Position numbers and translations under genes: made by a program. From NCBI GenBank assembly GCA_963667175.2, contig CAXXXF010000004.1, positions 328,184-392,183 of the forward strand: a stretch of 64,000 bases of DNA, in the 5' to 3' direction. Origin of the DNA: Candidatus Latescibacterota bacterium (lineage in GTDB: Bacteria > Latescibacterota > UBA2968 > GCA-2709665). Under the pieces are notes generated by a model. It saw nothing but the letters and a program-made list of their open reading frames with translations. It made no database searches and had not been told where the DNA came from. This document shows, in pieces, positions 61,187-64,000 of the stretch; position 1 is the first letter of the stretch; each line of letters begins with the position of its first letter.

Positions 61187-61681
61187 GCTCTTGATTCACG
61201 ATTCGATAGTCGTAACGAACCTCCGAAACGTGAGCGGCCCCACGTCACCCTTAGCACACACGGCCAAGACCGTCGCGATCGTCGACGATTACATAGCGCT
61301 TCCAAACTAACATATTAGTCTGAAGCCATCGCTAACCAAAGACCGTCACGGCCCCATTAGTTCACAGCCGTTAGACCTTACAGTAAGACTTCTACGCAAA
61401 ATGCGTGCATGTTTATTCGTGCAGATTGCGCACGTTCACGCGTTGTAATCCCCCCACCGCATCAGCCGTCGCCTGACGGCTCGGCTTCTGCGACTCCCCC
61501 TCAAGGGGGGAGTGATTGCTATGTCAAACGGGCTCAGGCGTTCACTTGAGTCTATTTGGTTGCGGCTGAACAAAACGAAGCCGCGATAGGATCCGACACA
61601 TTGTCTCCGGCTTCGTCGTCCCGAGGCCAGGTAAATTGGCTCACCGCTTCTGCGAGAATCGGAAACCACACAAACCCTCCT

Positions 61682-63495
61682 CTAGCCTGCTTGGTCGGCG
61701 GAATATGTAGTGTTTGAGTCAAGTTTCATGCGGCAAGTTTGGCTTGATGGCAATGGTGGTGTATGAGCGATTCGAGTTTGTAAAATGCGTTGCGGATGGG
61801 GTTTGGCGTAGTTCTGTCGAGGGTAAGGGTGAGCCCTGATCGGAGTACGCGCGCGCGCGTTCGGCTGTAAAACAGGGCAATGCGAAGGCCGTCGTCGGTG
61901 ACGTGGTAACGATGGGTGCCGGGGATACGCTGTATGAGGCGTCGCAGCCGCAGTCTGCGCAGTTGATAGGTCATCATGCCGGGTGTGAGTTGGCTGGGAT
62001 CGAGGCTCAGGAGTGGAGCGAGGCGCTCCCTGAGATCACGGTTGCTAAACCCTGTGATGTTCAGCCGGAAGAGGACCAGACTGTGCAAGAGCATCTGCGT
62101 GCGATGATCGCCGAAGCGTAGGGCGGACGTGCGTTGACCGTCTACGACGTCAGGCTGTTGAAGCTTGTGGAAGGCGTCTTCGCCGACGGTGCAGTCGTGG
62201 CTGATGCTTTGGACGTTCAGGAGACGTCGGTTGGCTTGAAAGCCGACCTGTCGCAGTGCGCTCAGGTTGTGCAGCCTCTTGCCGATGGCGAAGTCGTAGG
62301 TGTTGTTGATGGTGGTTTCGGTGCGCAGGGCGCGTCCTTCTTTATGATACTGGTGGATCTTGGAGCTTTTGTAGTCCACATACAGGGAAGGGCTCACGCC
62401 GTATGTGATGACGCGGGTACGGAACCGTCCGGGGGTGCGTCGCGTCACCCGACGATCAAAGATCAACTGGATCTGGTCAGGACGCCCCAGGTCGAGATTC
62501 TCCCGCAGGACCTGCTCGAAGAACACCCGCCCGGTGTGGGGACGGTCGAAGACCTGGGTAAGCGCGAATTCGGCCTGCAGCATGGACACGTCATACGTAT
62601 AACCGGCCTGGCGGTCTTCTTCCGTATACGGATGTGGCAAGCGCGCAAACCACTTATCGACAAGTCCTCGGATGTGAACAGCAGAAAGGTCGTTGCAAAT
62701 GCGCTGGAGAAGGTCCGGATCCTGGCAGGACAGAAAGCCGTTGTCCAGACCCTCATAGGCAACGCCCCGTTGGTCGAGTTGACACTTGGCATACTCATGA
62801 CCATTGATGCACAGCTTGGCCGTGTACGGGAAGTAGGTACAGAACTTGAGAAAGATCAGCCCGAAATCCTTGTCCACGCAGTAAAAGTAGAAGTGGTTGA
62901 CCATCGCGGTGGAACGCACGATCCACGGATAGGGCGCTCCCGTATCTTCCCGGCGTCGCCGTTGCGTTCGAAACACAACGGCTTTCTCCTGGGCGCACCC
63001 TACGAAGACCACGCCCTCGTCATGCTTGAAACGCTTGAGGTGCTCCCGGGCGATATCCTCTTTCCGCTGACCTTTCTTGAAGCGCACCAGAGGAACCCCC
63101 TCGTCCTCGACGAACCGGCGTATGGCCTTCACAAAAGCCCGCGACCGTACGGCCACCACCACCGTCGATGGAACCGGTTGACCCAGATGATACTTGATGT
63201 AGGACACCATCCCGAGCTCCCGCTGCAAACCAGGCACATACACGTTCAAATACATCCGATCGATGCTCTCCACTTCCAACGTCACGCGGCCCTTTAATAC
63301 TTGCGATACCGACAATTCCGCCTTATTCATGATCAGGCTCCAGTTAGCACGGTCTCAAAGACCAACTACCGCCATTGCGGTCCAATAATCGGGGTCCCTA
63401 AAAGGACCACCGACGCTCAACTGGAGCCTATTTTATTTACACAAACACTTTTGCGCAACAACACGTCTTGGCGGTCTGAGGCGAAGCCTCGCTAG
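61682..63495 (-). mobile_element. Putative unclassified IS-like element flanked by CTAG, no TIRs
   Basis: CTAG at 61682-61685 and 63492-63495 bracket one ORF and a structured leader. Single copy in window, so boundaries are inferred. Confidence 0.5.
61726..63330 (-). CDS. Putative transposase of unknown family with C-terminal winged-helix
   Basis: 534 aa; ES.DRMYLN.YVP.LQ, HFYFYCVD.DFG, QAEFA.TQVF, KIHQYHKEGRALRTETTIN, C-terminal GFSNRDLR...TYQLRRLRL.RLI.RIPGTHRY. No DDE or DEDD motif recognised. Confidence 0.6.
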   Translation of the reverse strand: MNKAELSVSQVLKGRVTLEVESIDRMYLNVYVPGLQRELGMVSYIKYHLGQPVPSTVVVAVRSRAFVKAIRRFVEDEGVPLVRFKKGQRKEDIAREHLKRFKHDEGVVFVGCAQEKAVVFRTQRRRREDTGAPYPWIVRSTAMVNHFYFYCVDKDFGLIFLKFCTYFPYTAKLCINGHEYAKCQLDQRGVAYEGLDNGFLSCQDPDLLQRICNDLSAVHIRGLVDKWFARLPHPYTEEDRQAGYTYDVSMLQAEFALTQVFDRPHTGRVFFEQVLRENLDLGRPDQIQLIFDRRVTRRTPGRFRTRVITYGVSPSLYVDYKSSKIHQYHKEGRALRTETTINNTYDFAIGKRLHNLSALRQVGFQANRRLLNVQSISHDCTVGEDAFHKLQQPDVVDGQRTSALRFGDHRTQMLLHSLVLFRLNITGFSNRDLRERLAPLLSLDPSQLTPGMMTYQLRRLRLRRLIQRIPGTHRYHVTDDGLRIALFYSRTRARVLRSGLTLTLDRTTPNPIRNAFYKLESLIHHHCHQAKLAA

Positions 63496-63535
63496 ATAAT
63501 TACATACGATCTGCATACACAATATTGCATTACGC

Positions 63536-64000
63536 CTATTTCTCATTAACGTTGACCACGCGGGAACGCTTTCTCGCGGTTACGATTAATGTCTGTGGTC
63601 TACCCTTCTTCGGCATTATGGATCCAAGCCTGTACCGAATATTGGCTATAGCATAGCGATGAATGTAGCCCACTGCTCGTTTAATTCGGTAATTCCACGA
63701 CTCTGGGCCCACTCTTTCGGGCGATCTCCCACTGGCAGAGGGAATGATACCGGCTCTGCTGGAAATCCACACAAAGAGGTACTGTGTAAGTCGACCAAAC
63801 TCAAGTAACATCCGCATGTATCTCATTATCGACAACTGCGGCAATATGGAAAACCGGTAAATCTGCTCCAATTCAAACCCACACACATGAAGAAGCTCTC
63901 TCAGGTTTCGTTCGCCGAAGAAAAAAAGGTGATCAGGAAACTGAAATCCAGAGTATGCTGAATAGTACTTTTCCTTTACCTCCGGAAAGTTACCAGTCTC
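63536..64000 (-). CDS. Partial class I SAM-dependent methyltransferase (C-terminal part)
   Basis: Open frame from the right edge: ETGNF...FPDHLFFFGERNLRELLHVCGFELEQI, the P.H..F....L..LL...GF pattern common in polysaccharide-cluster methyltransferases. Confidence 0.55.
   Translation of the reverse strand, partial: ETGNFPEVKEKYYSAYSGFQFPDHLFFFGERNLRELLHVCGFELEQIYRFSILPQLSIMRYMRMLLEFGRLTQYLFVWISSRAGIIPSASGRSPERVGPESWNYRIKRAVGYIHRYAIANIRYRLGSIMPKKGRPQTLIVTARKRSRVVNVNEK

Noticed and set aside
59515-61260. Possible small gene interrupted by IS256 (...YDYRIVNQ|EPKLMHGTLLLRDGYLW...)
   Set aside because: The frame appears open across the empty site, but I cannot recognise a protein family or a start.
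1-64000. tRNA/rRNA genes, integrase, integron attC array, prophage
   Set aside because: No such signatures seen by eye. The intergenic palindromes are REP/MITE-like and not consistently placed after each gene.

Overview
GC-rich bacterial window; the repeated twin EF-hand/dockerin-like 'DFDANGIVDFGDFILFAQAFG' modules suggest a Latescibacterota-like or other FCB-group host (inference). Bases 1 to ~53,100 are an all-minus-strand, tandemly amplified array of envelope genes: about 12 TPR + GWxTD-family genes (intact, partial, miniaturised or pseudogenised), 3 kelch-repeat lipoproteins, 5 EF-hand/dockerin + FGE-sulfatase (CLec-fold) proteins and one MacB/FtsX-type permease with no ATPase in the window. 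The array is divided into 11.6-16.4 kb units, each headed by the same hairpin/U-tract + GAAC-N18-GTCT (ECF-sigma-like) cassette, and the paralogs are patchwork mosaics of one another. Two closely related group II introns carry different exon-binding sequences that covary with their different insertion sites. One splits a GWxTD gene just after its signal peptide, and splicing would restore the frame. The other, an IS110 and a MITE all sit in one 9-nt-periodic repeat array next to a Fic gene. The right end (53.6-64 kb) holds a Gabija-like OLD nuclease + UvrD pair whose nuclease is disrupted by a 290-bp MITE, galU, an IS256, an unclassified CTAG-flanked element with a putative non-DDE transposase, and a partial methyltransferase. 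I recognised no tRNA, rRNA, CRISPR array or DGR. All alignments were done by eye.
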